Below, piece after piece: positions 39,444 through 49,400 of a DNA stretch of 64,000 nt. Both the position numbers and the translations under genes were made by a program. The DNA is from Fidelibacterota bacterium (GTDB lineage: Bacteria; Fidelibacterota; UBA8477; JABMPR01), in assembly GCA_018673925.1 (NCBI GenBank), contig JABHBL010000096.1, forward strand, positions 84,071 to 148,070, read 5' to 3'. Within the stretch, counting starts at the first letter, position 1, and every line of letters begins with the position of its first letter. The notes beneath the pieces were generated by a model that was not told the origin of the DNA, did not search any database, and saw only the letters and a list, made by a program, of their open reading frames with translations.

Positions 39444-40679
39444 ATGCGACGTAAATATTTGCCTCTAGGTGTTATCATTCTAGCTATTCTGCTGAACGCT
39501 TGTAGTTCACAGAAAGTCGGTGTCTATGATGACTTAAATAAAAGCAAAATGGATAAATCATTTGCTAAATATAGAGGTACTCCATACAAATGGGGTGGAA
39601 CGGAGCCAGGTCGTGGTGTGGATTGCTCAGGCTTCACTTCAGGAGTTTATCGTGATCAGGGTATCATCATTCCCAGAACATCCCGTATGCAATACACCGT
39701 GGGTGACGAGGTGTCCAGAGATGAGCTCCAATATGGAGATCTATTATTCTTTGATACGCTGGGTAAGGGTGTCAGCCATGTTGGTGTCTATACCAAGAGC
39801 GACAATATGATTCACGCTAGTTCAAGTTCTGGGGTAACTGAAGTCCCCATGGATACAGACTACTGGATGAAACGTTACATTGGAGCACGTCGATTGACAG
39901 GATCTGATTACCGTTCTGGTGAAGTTGGCGGAGAGTTCCATTTGTTACCCAAGGCATATCCAATCAGAGTTCGCCGGCTGATTGATATTCCTACCGCAGA
40001 TGTTATTGAAAATCGATTTATTGGTCTGGATATCCAGAATGATGCTCAGGGGAACCTCAGGGTGGCCGGAGCTGTGAGTATCCTGAATCGCTGGGAATTT
40101 GGGGCTGAGGTACAGGTAAACCAATTTCTTGGTCACAATATGGATGATTTTGGATTCGAGCTACCATTCGTCAGCACCAAATTTCGCATCTGGGAGCAAA
40201 AAGGAAAGATAATACCATCCCTGGCTATTGGCGCTGAAAGTAATAGCAGGAACTGGACGGTGACTACAGACACAAACTCCGTAGAGATTGTGGAAAATCG
40301 TTGGAGCCCACCTCGAAATGCTTACGTCGTGGCTTCATATAAATATGAGCGCTTCAAAAAATTACATCTTGGTCGGGGGCGTGTAAGTGGTGGAATGGCC
40401 ATGACAGACCTGTTTGCCTATCATGATACTTCAGCACGTTATGATGGAAATGAAGACACGTTTTTCTTTCTTGGAGTTGAACAACAAATTACTCGCCGTC
40501 TCATGACCACCATAGAATTTGACCATGTTTTTTTAAAAGATGTGGGGATTACCTGGAATATGGGTTTCCAGTTCGCCCTGAATAATTCCTCCAGTATAGC
40601 TTATACCTGGAGAAATGTGGGTGCCAAGGAGCGTTCGTTGGAGCGCGCAATGCAATTTAGTTATATTCTTGAATATTAG
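39444..40679 (+). CDS. NlpC/P60 peptidase lipoprotein fused to YjbH-like beta-barrel domain
   Basis: Lipobox LNAC; PYKWGG...DCSG, GDLLFF, HVGVY, IHASS; LIDIPTA followed by beta strands; terminal Y. Confidence 0.8.
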   Translation: MRRKYLPLGVIILAILLNACSSQKVGVYDDLNKSKMDKSFAKYRGTPYKWGGTEPGRGVDCSGFTSGVYRDQGIIIPRTSRMQYTVGDEVSRDELQYGDLLFFDTLGKGVSHVGVYTKSDNMIHASSSSGVTEVPMDTDYWMKRYIGARRLTGSDYRSGEVGGEFHLLPKAYPIRVRRLIDIPTADVIENRFIGLDIQNDAQGNLRVAGAVSILNRWEFGAEVQVNQFLGHNMDDFGFELPFVSTKFRIWEQKGKIIPSLAIGAESNSRNWTVTTDTNSVEIVENRWSPPRNAYVVASYKYERFKKLHLGRGRVSGGMAMTDLFAYHDTSARYDGNEDTFFFLGVEQQITRRLMTTIEFDHVFLKDVGITWNMGFQFALNNSSSIAYTWRNVGAKERSLERAMQFSYILEY

Positions 40680-40693
40680 ACTGGAGTCGAGTT

Positions 40694-41566
40694 ATGCCTT
40701 TTCGCTGGAGACCTGATGGAAAATTCATTAAGAATTTGTCAAACACCCGTAGAATTATGCCCTTTCTCATGCATGGTAGGACGGAATCAACTGTTTACTA
40801 TGAACAACATGTAGAGGTAGAAAAGGCCTGGAAGTTTGTAGAAAATTTCCAAAAAGAAACAGGACTGAAAGCTAGTATTTTGCATCTAATTATCTGGAGG
40901 TCTGCTCAGGTTTTGAATGAGCGACCTGGGTTGAATAGATTTGTAGCAGGTCGACGAATCTTCCAACGCGATGGCATTTGGATCAGTTTTTCCATGAAAA
41001 AAGAGATGCATGATGATGCCCCGCTGGTGGTAGTTAAAAAGAAAATAAATCCAGAGTGGACCTTTGAAGAGACAGTTAGAGAGATTCAAGGGGGAATCAA
41101 AAAAGGTCGCGAAGGAGCAAAATCTGTTTCTGATAAGGAAATGGATCTGGTTTTCCTCTTTCCTATGTTCATGGTCAGTTTCTTCACATGGTTGTTGAGG
41201 ACTCTGAATCATTTCGGTTGGTTACCCCTCAGTATGATTAAAGCCGATGAGCTCTATAGCAGTGTTTTTATTGCCAATCTTGGTAGCATTGGCTTACAGC
41301 CAGCCTACCATCATTTATATGAATGGGGTGATACTCCAATTTTTATGGCACTAGGGACGAACGAACCACGGATGGCGCTTGATGAACGGGGTCGACCAGC
41401 AGTGAAAGATATGATGACGATTAAGTACAGTTTTGATGAACGTGTAAATGATGGGTTCTACAGTATAAAAGCCCTGGAACTGTTAAAGAATCTGGTTGAA
41501 AATCCGGAGATGGTTTTGGAAAAGGAACCAGATAAAACACAAACTGAAGAGGCTCTGGGTATTTAG
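40694..41566 (+). CDS. Stand-alone 2-oxoacid dehydrogenase acyltransferase catalytic-domain homolog
   Basis: P.LNRF, ANLGSIG, FDERVNDG (DHRxxDG variant); no lipoyl domain. Confidence 0.75.
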   Translation: MPFRWRPDGKFIKNLSNTRRIMPFLMHGRTESTVYYEQHVEVEKAWKFVENFQKETGLKASILHLIIWRSAQVLNERPGLNRFVAGRRIFQRDGIWISFSMKKEMHDDAPLVVVKKKINPEWTFEETVREIQGGIKKGREGAKSVSDKEMDLVFLFPMFMVSFFTWLLRTLNHFGWLPLSMIKADELYSSVFIANLGSIGLQPAYHHLYEWGDTPIFMALGTNEPRMALDERGRPAVKDMMTIKYSFDERVNDGFYSIKALELLKNLVENPEMVLEKEPDKTQTEEALGI

Positions 41567-41589
41567 TTCCCACGAGCTAGTGACCTAAT

Positions 41590-42432
41590 ATGAACATCGG
41601 TTTTCTACATCCTGGAGCCATGGGAATATCTCTGGCGGTCTCAGCCCAGGCAACTGGGCACCAGGCTTTTTGGGTATCAGAGGGGAGAAGTGAAGAGACC
41701 AGAGCAAGAGCAGCAACCCACAACCTCTCCGAATTGAATTCATTAGCGGATTTTTGCGAAGCATGCGATATAATTATTTCGGTATGTCCCCCCCACGCGG
41801 CAGTGGATGTTGCCCATCAAATCATGGAATATTCCTTCAAGGGTATCTATGCCGATGTCAATGCCGTATCTCCTGAGAAGGCAAATACCATATACCAATT
41901 AATGAGCTCAAAAGACATCGAGTTTGTAGATGGTGGAATCATTGGAGGACCGGCCTGGGAAGCAAAGAGTACCTGGCTTTATCTCGCCGGGCAGAAAGCA
42001 GCTGAAGTAGCGGCCTGTTTTCATGGGGGATTGCTGGAGACGGAACTCATGGGACCTGAAATTGGGAAAGCCTCGGCCATTAAGATGAGCTTTGCTGCAT
42101 ATACCAAAGGATCCACAGCCCTCCTTTGTGCCATCATGTCAGCAGCCGATGAGATGGGTGTTCGACAGGCTTTAGAAAAACAATGGTCTCGCAGCGGTTC
42201 TGACTTTACTGAGCGTACCCACAATCGACTCCGCCGTGTTACCGCCAAGGCCTGGCGATTCTCTGGAGAAATGGAAGAGATTGCTTCCACCATGAAAAGT
42301 GCCGGTCAGCCCCAGGGGTTTCACCTTGCAGCTAGCGAAATTTATAAGCGTATATCAAAATTTAAAGGTGCAGACTCAATACCTACAGTAGAGGATGTTC
42401 TTGAAGCACTGAAACATGATTCCAAGATATAA
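41590..42432 (+). CDS. NAD(P)-dependent oxidoreductase, 6PGDH-like with DUF1932
   Basis: IGFLHPGAMG, YADVNAVSP, VDGGIIG.P, ASAIKM..A...KG, KAWR..GEMEEI. Confidence 0.85.
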   Translation: MNIGFLHPGAMGISLAVSAQATGHQAFWVSEGRSEETRARAATHNLSELNSLADFCEACDIIISVCPPHAAVDVAHQIMEYSFKGIYADVNAVSPEKANTIYQLMSSKDIEFVDGGIIGGPAWEAKSTWLYLAGQKAAEVAACFHGGLLETELMGPEIGKASAIKMSFAAYTKGSTALLCAIMSAADEMGVRQALEKQWSRSGSDFTERTHNRLRRVTAKAWRFSGEMEEIASTMKSAGQPQGFHLAASEIYKRISKFKGADSIPTVEDVLEALKHDSKI

Positions 42433-42497
42433 TAACTTTAATTATCGTAGCGTACAGATTGTAATACATTTGAATTACCTTTTGGGGAGGTACCAAT

Positions 42498-43619
42498 ATG
42501 GATAGTTATTTTGCAACAGCTGAGCGCGCAACCGCAGAGCAGCTACACTCTGCACATGAAATCATCTCCCAAAGCATTGTTGTCGAAGGCTTGCTGGAAA
42601 CAGTAGGCGGTCTTCTAGCTGTTTTGAATGAACAGCGTCAAATTATTTCACTAAACGATTCCTTTCTGAAGATGTTGGGCGTTGAGGATCCTATGCATGC
42701 CCTGGGTCTGAGGCCTGGAAATGCATTGGATTGCATCCATGCCCAGGGTGAACCAGCAGGCTGCGGTACCACAAAGTATTGCTCAACCTGTGGGACGGTT
42801 AAAGCTATCATGGCTAGCTTGGAGACCAATAAAGCTGTCGAAGATACCTGCGCCCTCAAGGCCAAACATAAGGACGAGGATGTAGATCTTGCCTTGAAAG
42901 TAAGATCTCATCCCATCACCATTGAAGGCTCACGATTTATTATGCTCTTTTTACAGGACATTACTCTTGAACAGCGCAGAGCTGCCCTTGAAAGAACCTT
43001 TTTTCATGACATAAATAATATGTTGTCTGGACTGGTGGGGGCCAGCGAATTACTGGCAATGGATGGCAATAAATCCCCAATGGTTGATATCGTCCGCAGA
43101 TCCTCCTTGCGTTTGCAGAAGGCTGTTGAGATTCAACGATTTTTGCTGGATAGCGACGCTGATTATGCGGATCTGCTTCAACAGAGTGTCTCCCTGAAGC
43201 AAATTCGAGAAGACTTGACAACTCTATTTTTAGAACATCCATCTACTCTGAATAAAACCCTTAATTTTTCACCACAATATGAAGATTTTGTTCTACTGAC
43301 TGATATCTCTCTCCTGGAACGGGTATTGGCAAATATGATTACCAATGCGTTGGAGGCGTCGGAAGCTGGTGAGAGAGTGGACGTTTCCATCGCGCTTGAA
43401 ACAGACAAAATAAGTTTTAGTGTTCACAACAATCAAATCATCCCCGACGATGTTCGACTCAGGGTATTTCAACGCAATTTCAGCACCAAAGGGGGCTCTG
43501 GTCGGGGATTGGGTACATTCTCCATGAAGCTATTCGGCGAGAAAATATTGGGCGGAAAAGTAAGTTTCACTTCCAGATCAGGGGAGGGGACGGTCTTTAC
43601 CATCTCGCTTCCCCTTTGA
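42498..43619 (+). CDS. Cytoplasmic PAS sensor histidine kinase with Cys cluster
   Basis: FFHDINN H-box, NMITNALEA, FSTKG..RGLG; CIHA....GCG....C..C. Confidence 0.88.
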   Translation: MDSYFATAERATAEQLHSAHEIISQSIVVEGLLETVGGLLAVLNEQRQIISLNDSFLKMLGVEDPMHALGLRPGNALDCIHAQGEPAGCGTTKYCSTCGTVKAIMASLETNKAVEDTCALKAKHKDEDVDLALKVRSHPITIEGSRFIMLFLQDITLEQRRAALERTFFHDINNMLSGLVGASELLAMDGNKSPMVDIVRRSSLRLQKAVEIQRFLLDSDADYADLLQQSVSLKQIREDLTTLFLEHPSTLNKTLNFSPQYEDFVLLTDISLLERVLANMITNALEASEAGERVDVSIALETDKISFSVHNNQIIPDDVRLRVFQRNFSTKGGSGRGLGTFSMKLFGEKILGGKVSFTSRSGEGTVFTISLPL

Positions 43620-44119
43620 TGGCATCCTATATGATTAAACGAACGCTGATTGTTCTCATTTCTATTCTAAGCCTGCAGGCCATGGACCCTGAGTTGCCCA
43701 AAGCATACAGGTATCTCGATATTCAGGAAGTTTTCCACAAATGGCGTCATGAAGAACCTGGACAGTTCATTTTCAGTGGCGGTGATTTCAATGGTGACTC
43801 CCGCTACGATGGTGCCCAGCTCGTGGTTAAGCACGCTACCAATCAAATCGTCCTGCTCGTTTTTCTACAGGATTTTGAGGGTCAATCGTTTCATTGGATT
43901 GAGTTGACCAGTTTTCCAATGGAATCAATAGAAAGTGTTGGGATTCAAGTCATCAATCCCATGGAGATTACCTTTTTCAAGAATCCAAAAAGTAATCTGA
44001 AATCCAGACTATACCTTATGACAGATGCCATTAATCTTTTTATGGATGAGGGGCCTGCATCTGTTTTTTTCTGGGATGCTGGCGAAAAAACATTTAAGCG
44101 TGCTTGGCTTGAAAAATAA
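43616..44119 (+). CDS. Exported hypothetical protein
   Basis: Signal peptide; single GDFNGD..D motif. Confidence 0.55.
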   Translation: MMASYMIKRTLIVLISILSLQAMDPELPKAYRYLDIQEVFHKWRHEEPGQFIFSGGDFNGDSRYDGAQLVVKHATNQIVLLVFLQDFEGQSFHWIELTSFPMESIESVGIQVINPMEITFFKNPKSNLKSRLYLMTDAINLFMDEGPASVFFWDAGEKTFKRAWLEK

Positions 44120-44153
44120 AGCCCCTGTTTCTACCCACCTTCCGATGTACTGA

Positions 44154-44576
44154 ATGTCAAATCTAACTCGCAAAACCATCTTGGTCGTAATACTGGAGCT
44201 TGGTCTGGCTTGTATCAGTATATTTAGGTTGGGTCAGGTATTTAATGGTGATTTCTATAAATTGTATTATGGCTATTTCGGAGATGTCCAGATTCCCTTT
44301 GCTGCCTACTTCCTTCTGTCAATAAATGAGGAGTCGATTCCATTTCTTAGACCGTGGCTTATGAAGTTTGGGATCGTGTTTCTGGTGATGACAACCTCAG
44401 AAATTGCACAGTTTTTTGGAGTGGAGTTATTTGGCGTAACCTTTGATCCCTATGACATTCTCGCTTATGGACTGGGGGTGACTCTGGCTGCGTTGGTGGA
44501 TGTGAAAATATTTGGCAAATACCTGAGCTTTTGGAAAGTATCCCAATCAAACCAATCTGAAATTGAGGATTTATGA
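44154..44576 (+). CDS. Membrane protein (DUF2809-like)
   Basis: YFGD, SEIAQ, G.TFDP.DILAY..G. Confidence 0.65.
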   Translation: MSNLTRKTILVVILELGLACISIFRLGQVFNGDFYKLYYGYFGDVQIPFAAYFLLSINEESIPFLRPWLMKFGIVFLVMTTSEIAQFFGVELFGVTFDPYDILAYGLGVTLAALVDVKIFGKYLSFWKVSQSNQSEIEDL

Positions 44577-45469
44577 CCGAGCAGCGTCTTCATCATATTT
44601 TTGCGGTTTCCCAGGCTTTACTGGTAACCTTCCTCTGGTCCACATCATTTATTATTATCAAATGGGGGTTGGCAGATATTCCACCCATTACTTTTGCAGG
44701 TTTAAGATATTTTCTGGCTTTTTTATGTTTCCTGCCCTTCATCTTTAAAAAGAAATATGTGGATGAGATCAAGGGACTTTCTCCCCAGCAGTGGACGAAA
44801 TTAATCTTATTGGGATTTGTTTTTTATACACTGACACAGGGGACCCAGTTTTTAGGATTATCTCTATTGCCTGCTGTGAGTGTGAGCCTCATGTTGAATT
44901 TTACTCCCATCATGGTGGCTATCATGGGTATCGTCTTTATCAATGAAATCCCCAGCCGTTTACAATGGTCTGGGGCAGTCATTTTTATAGTAGGAATCAT
45001 TTTTTACTTTTTTCCAATTTCGCTTGAAGGAAATCAGGGTCTGGGATTAATGGTCATGGCCTTCGGAGTACTGGCTAACTCAGGAGCAGGTATCCTTGGA
45101 AGAGATATCAATCGCCAACGTAATATCAGCCCGGTCATCATCACCTTTATCAGCATGGGTGTAGGTTCAATCATATTACTGCTTTCAGGTTTCCTCTATA
45201 CGGGGATACCGGTAATAAATACTGAGAACTGGCTGTATCTGATCTGGCTGGCCGTGGTGAACACCGCCTTCGCATTTACATTGTGGAATCATACCCTGCG
45301 TTCGATCTCAGCCATGGAATCAAGCATTATCAATGGTACCATGTTGATACAAATTGCTTTTCTTGCCTGGTTTTTCCTGGATGAAAAGATCACCACGCAG
45401 GAAGGACTCGGAATGGGGATTGCGGCATTGGGAGCGACTCTGGTTCAGCTTAAACGCAGCAAGACATGA
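44573..45469 (+). CDS. EamA/DMT family transporter
   Basis: LWSTSF...K.GL..IPP......R; two EamA repeats, about 10 TM. Confidence 0.9.
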   Translation: MTEQRLHHIFAVSQALLVTFLWSTSFIIIKWGLADIPPITFAGLRYFLAFLCFLPFIFKKKYVDEIKGLSPQQWTKLILLGFVFYTLTQGTQFLGLSLLPAVSVSLMLNFTPIMVAIMGIVFINEIPSRLQWSGAVIFIVGIIFYFFPISLEGNQGLGLMVMAFGVLANSGAGILGRDINRQRNISPVIITFISMGVGSIILLLSGFLYTGIPVINTENWLYLIWLAVVNTAFAFTLWNHTLRSISAMESSIINGTMLIQIAFLAWFFLDEKITTQEGLGMGIAALGATLVQLKRSKT

Positions 45470-45609
45470 AAATACTGTGGCAGAGGGGGGACGCATGAGT
45501 ATTGTAGATTGGAGTTCTATTAACTACATTCATCCACTATCTAATGAATCTGAACACTAGCTTTTTTGACTGATAAACGTTCCTCAATGAGAACAGTACC
45601 AGGGATGAC

Positions 45610-45822
45610 TTGATGCAACATAGTAATTGGCAATGTCCAAAATGTAAAAATGATGAATATGAAACTGGTCAGTTTGCTGCTACCGGCGGTGGGCTTTCAA
45701 AAATATTTGATGTCCAAAATAAAAAATTTACCACAGTTACTTGTGTGAATTGTAGGTATACAGAAATTTATAAATCTGAGACTAGTGCTCTTGGTAATAT
45801 ACTGGACTTGTTTACAGGTTAG
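45610..45822 (+). CDS. Zinc-ribbon protein (DUF2082-like)
   Basis: CPKC...GGGLSKIFDVQNKKF...C..C.YTE.Y. Confidence 0.8.
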   Translation: MMQHSNWQCPKCKNDEYETGQFAATGGGLSKIFDVQNKKFTTVTCVNCRYTEIYKSETSALGNILDLFTG

Positions 45823-45906
45823 TCCAGTCATTTAGTTTTAAGTTAGGCTTCTTAGAATAACTTAAAACAGGTTATTTATACAACTCATTTTGCTTGAGAG
45901 GAAAGC

Positions 45907-46332
45907 ATGAGCCCAATAGATCTATTTGCAGCAGCAATCACAATTGTATTGTTTATTGTTTTAGCCTTCAAAATATATAATAATACTAAACAGATGCGGG
46001 GTACAAAGAAGAAGTCTGGGAGTGGCAAAGCCGACGACATGATGCATGACTTTATGGATCAACCAGTTTTGTGGGCTAAGCTATCCAAAGGTCTTGAAGC
46101 CAGTGGTCCAGATGAAGAGCTGAGCATGACCCTCATGGTTAATGCCGCATTCCAAGGTTTTGAGGCTCAGTGCGAGGAAGCTGATGCTGGATCTCTAGAT
46201 GAGAATGAAATTCTCGCCTTGGAGGAAGCTGTTCATAGAATATGTGCCATGCCTGGCGTGGCAAAATATATGGCTGACCTAAAACCTGATTTCTCTCAGA
46301 GGTTACTTAATATTATTGCTCAACAATCGTAG
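45907..46332 (+). CDS. Hypothetical protein with N-terminal TM
   Basis: GAGAGG RBS, TM helix followed by basic stretch. Confidence 0.55.
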   Translation: MSPIDLFAAAITIVLFIVLAFKIYNNTKQMRGTKKKSGSGKADDMMHDFMDQPVLWAKLSKGLEASGPDEELSMTLMVNAAFQGFEAQCEEADAGSLDENEILALEEAVHRICAMPGVAKYMADLKPDFSQRLLNIIAQQS

Positions 46333-46414
46333 CTACCTTTCCTTTTTATATCAGCGCAGAATGTGGCTATTTGTATCAACCTTAAACAGCTTTACATCCC
46401 AAAAATAAAACATC

Positions 46415-49400
46415 ATGAGTATTGATCTAAACAAAGTATTTGATCTCAATAAAAACATATTTATTGAGGCTTGTGCAGGTGCCGGGAAAACCTGGCTGCT
46501 TTCAAAACGCTACTCAACTATCATGAATGATTTTGCGAGGCAGCATGAGAATCTGATTTCAAAAAAAGATGCTTCAAATATTCTGGTTATCACTTTTACT
46601 CGAAAAGCCGCGGCTGAAATGGCTGGACGTATTTATGAAGACTTGAATAAATTGCTTAATGATGAAGCACTGGAAAATGTTGAGTCTGACTTTGGATCCT
46701 CCTTACGGTCTGCATCTGAGAGCACCAAAATGCATTTGCGTTCGACATTTTCTAAAAATGCCATTTCAACCATAGATTCATTTTGTGCACAAATCCTGAG
46801 AGAACAGGCGGAACGCCTTGATATTGATCCAGAATTCAGGATTCAGGATGAGGCTGACACGCAACGTATGGAATTGGAAACCTGGGAGAAATATTTAGGT
46901 GAGTGTAGCCGTAATGATGACAAAGATTTAAAAACTCTACTGGATCATCTTTCCGTTCGGCATATCAGCGAGTATGTAAAAAAGTTTCAATCTCATGCCC
47001 AATTGATGGTGGGCTGGTTAGAACATCACAGCAGCACATCTCCTGAGGACCTCCAGACTGAATTTAAAACAAAGCATCCACTGCCAGCTTCACTAGCAGA
47101 GATTGAGCCCGTTCTCATTCAACTACTGGATGGATTGCCCACGTCAGAGAAGATGTTGGATAGCAATCATTCCCAGTATCAGGTACTCAGAGATCTTCTG
47201 GAACTTCTGAGCAACCCCATTGAAGACGACTATCGATATGGTCAGGAGCTTATAGAGTTTGTCCGTCGGATCGCCTTAACCAAGGATCGCAAAAATTATT
47301 TGAAGCGTCCCTCGGTTCCTTCAAATGTTTGGCCAGAGGATTTTAAAGACGAGGTCAGGGCGCGTTTAAGAGAATTCAAGGATAGGGCAGAGCAACTCTT
47401 TCCCTATGAAACCCTGATGCATGAGATCCCTAGCGTGTGGGATATAGAAGCCTGTCTGGTGAACCACCATTTCGCAAAATTCTTTCAAGGGTATTGGGAA
47501 GCTCTAAATCAACGCCTGAAGCGTGAAGGCATATTGAGCTTCAACGAAGTCATGTTGAAAACCAGAGAAATTCTTAGGGATGATCAGATAGCTGCCCTTT
47601 ATGGTCAACGATATCAGCATATCCTCTTTGATGAGTTCCAGGACACCAACGATGTACGTTGGGATATTGTAAGACTCATTGCAGAGGCTGGCCAGGGGGT
47701 CCTTCGTAATCGGGGACTCTTCATCGTGGGTGATACGAAGCAATCTATCTATCGATTCAATCAGGCTGATGTCCAAGTCATGAATCGAGTGAGGAAGATC
47801 ATTAAAAAGGGCGATGGATGGGTCCTTACTGCTGACGAAACCTACCGTTCATCACAAAAATATGTGTCTGAAGTCATCAACCCTTTGATCAGTTCAGCTT
47901 TCCCTGGTGACGAGGATCGTGACAGCATCGAATTGTACGAGACTGTCTTCAGGCCATCTAATGCAGCTAAAAGCACTAAGAAAGATGATAATAGTACAGG
48001 CATATCCCGTTGTACTGTCAGTGTTGTGCTGGATGATAAAGCTTCCAGGGGCTCAGCAGTGGATATTTACAAGACAGCTGATTTGACTCTGGAATGGCTG
48101 GAGTGGGTAAATGAAAATGAGTTGGAGCCTGAGAGCGGACCTTCTATCGGTATCCTGCTGAGATCGTTTACACCTATTCTGGATTACATTCGCATTTTCA
48201 CCCGCAAGGGTATTGAGTTTGAAGTTTTATCGAGTAAAGGTTTGTTTGAGCAACAAGAGAGCTTTGATGTTTACCATTTAATTAGCGTCTTACTTAACCC
48301 GCTGGATGATCAGGCTCTTGTGGGAATTTTAAGAAGTCCATTCTTTGTAATGAAGGATGAGGATATTCAACGACTAAAGGATGCTTCCAGAGATCGCAGC
48401 AACTCGGGGTGGGTCTGGAATGGACTCAAGCAGTTGAATCCAGAAATATGTGACACACTGAGAGACTGGCAGCAGGCCAGTGCACGGGAGCCCCTGGATC
48501 GACTCATTGAGAAAATAATCTCTGAAGATGAAAGAAGGTTGTCCTGGATATCTGAAACGGGTGGGGTATTGCGTTTGGCGAATCTGGATCGAATTATTCT
48601 CATGGTTCATCAGCTTTCACTTGATGGTCTGGGTGTCAGAGAAATTCATGAGTACTTCAAATTCCAGATTCAACATGGCGATGCATCGCAGGCCGAACTT
48701 CCGGGAGCAGCCAGGGTTCAGATTCTGACCATACACAAGGCCAAGGGGCTTGAATATCCTGTGGTTCTTTTACCTGGCATGCAATCGCCTATACCATCTG
48801 ACAGAAGTGGTGTATTTATTGGTCGTCATGAGGGTGACTGGCAAGCCGGTATTACTTTAGACTCAAAAAGAGCCAGTCATAAAACATGGATGTATGAACA
48901 GATTAAGGAGCAAACGAAGGCTGAAGAGGAGGCCGAAGATAAAAGATTGTTCTATGTTGCTGTGACTCGCGCCAAGTACGGCGTTGGCTTTATAGCCAAA
49001 ATAAAACCTGATACAAAAGCGTCAGCCACTTCCCGCTGGGGCCGATATCTGCACCCTGTGTTTGACCTGGATTTAGATAAAGACCTAGCGCTTAACGATC
49101 CACAAGCCTTGCAAAAGGAATGGCAGGACAGATCAACTGCAGCTGTGAATTATGATCTGACCATGGGGTCAGATATTCTCCTCTCCGAAGCTGGGCGATC
49201 AATTTCCGCAGCAGCTGATATTACTCAAATTGATCCAGTCATGCAGTCACTGGTGTACAGCGAAATTTCTCCTCATACCATCATGAAGTGGATGGATAAG
49301 AAGAAATATGCCGGATCTGATGAAGGTCAACTGGGTGATGACCTCGATCTGGAAACTGCACCCAAAACATTTGGATTACTTCTGCACCGTGCCATGGAAT

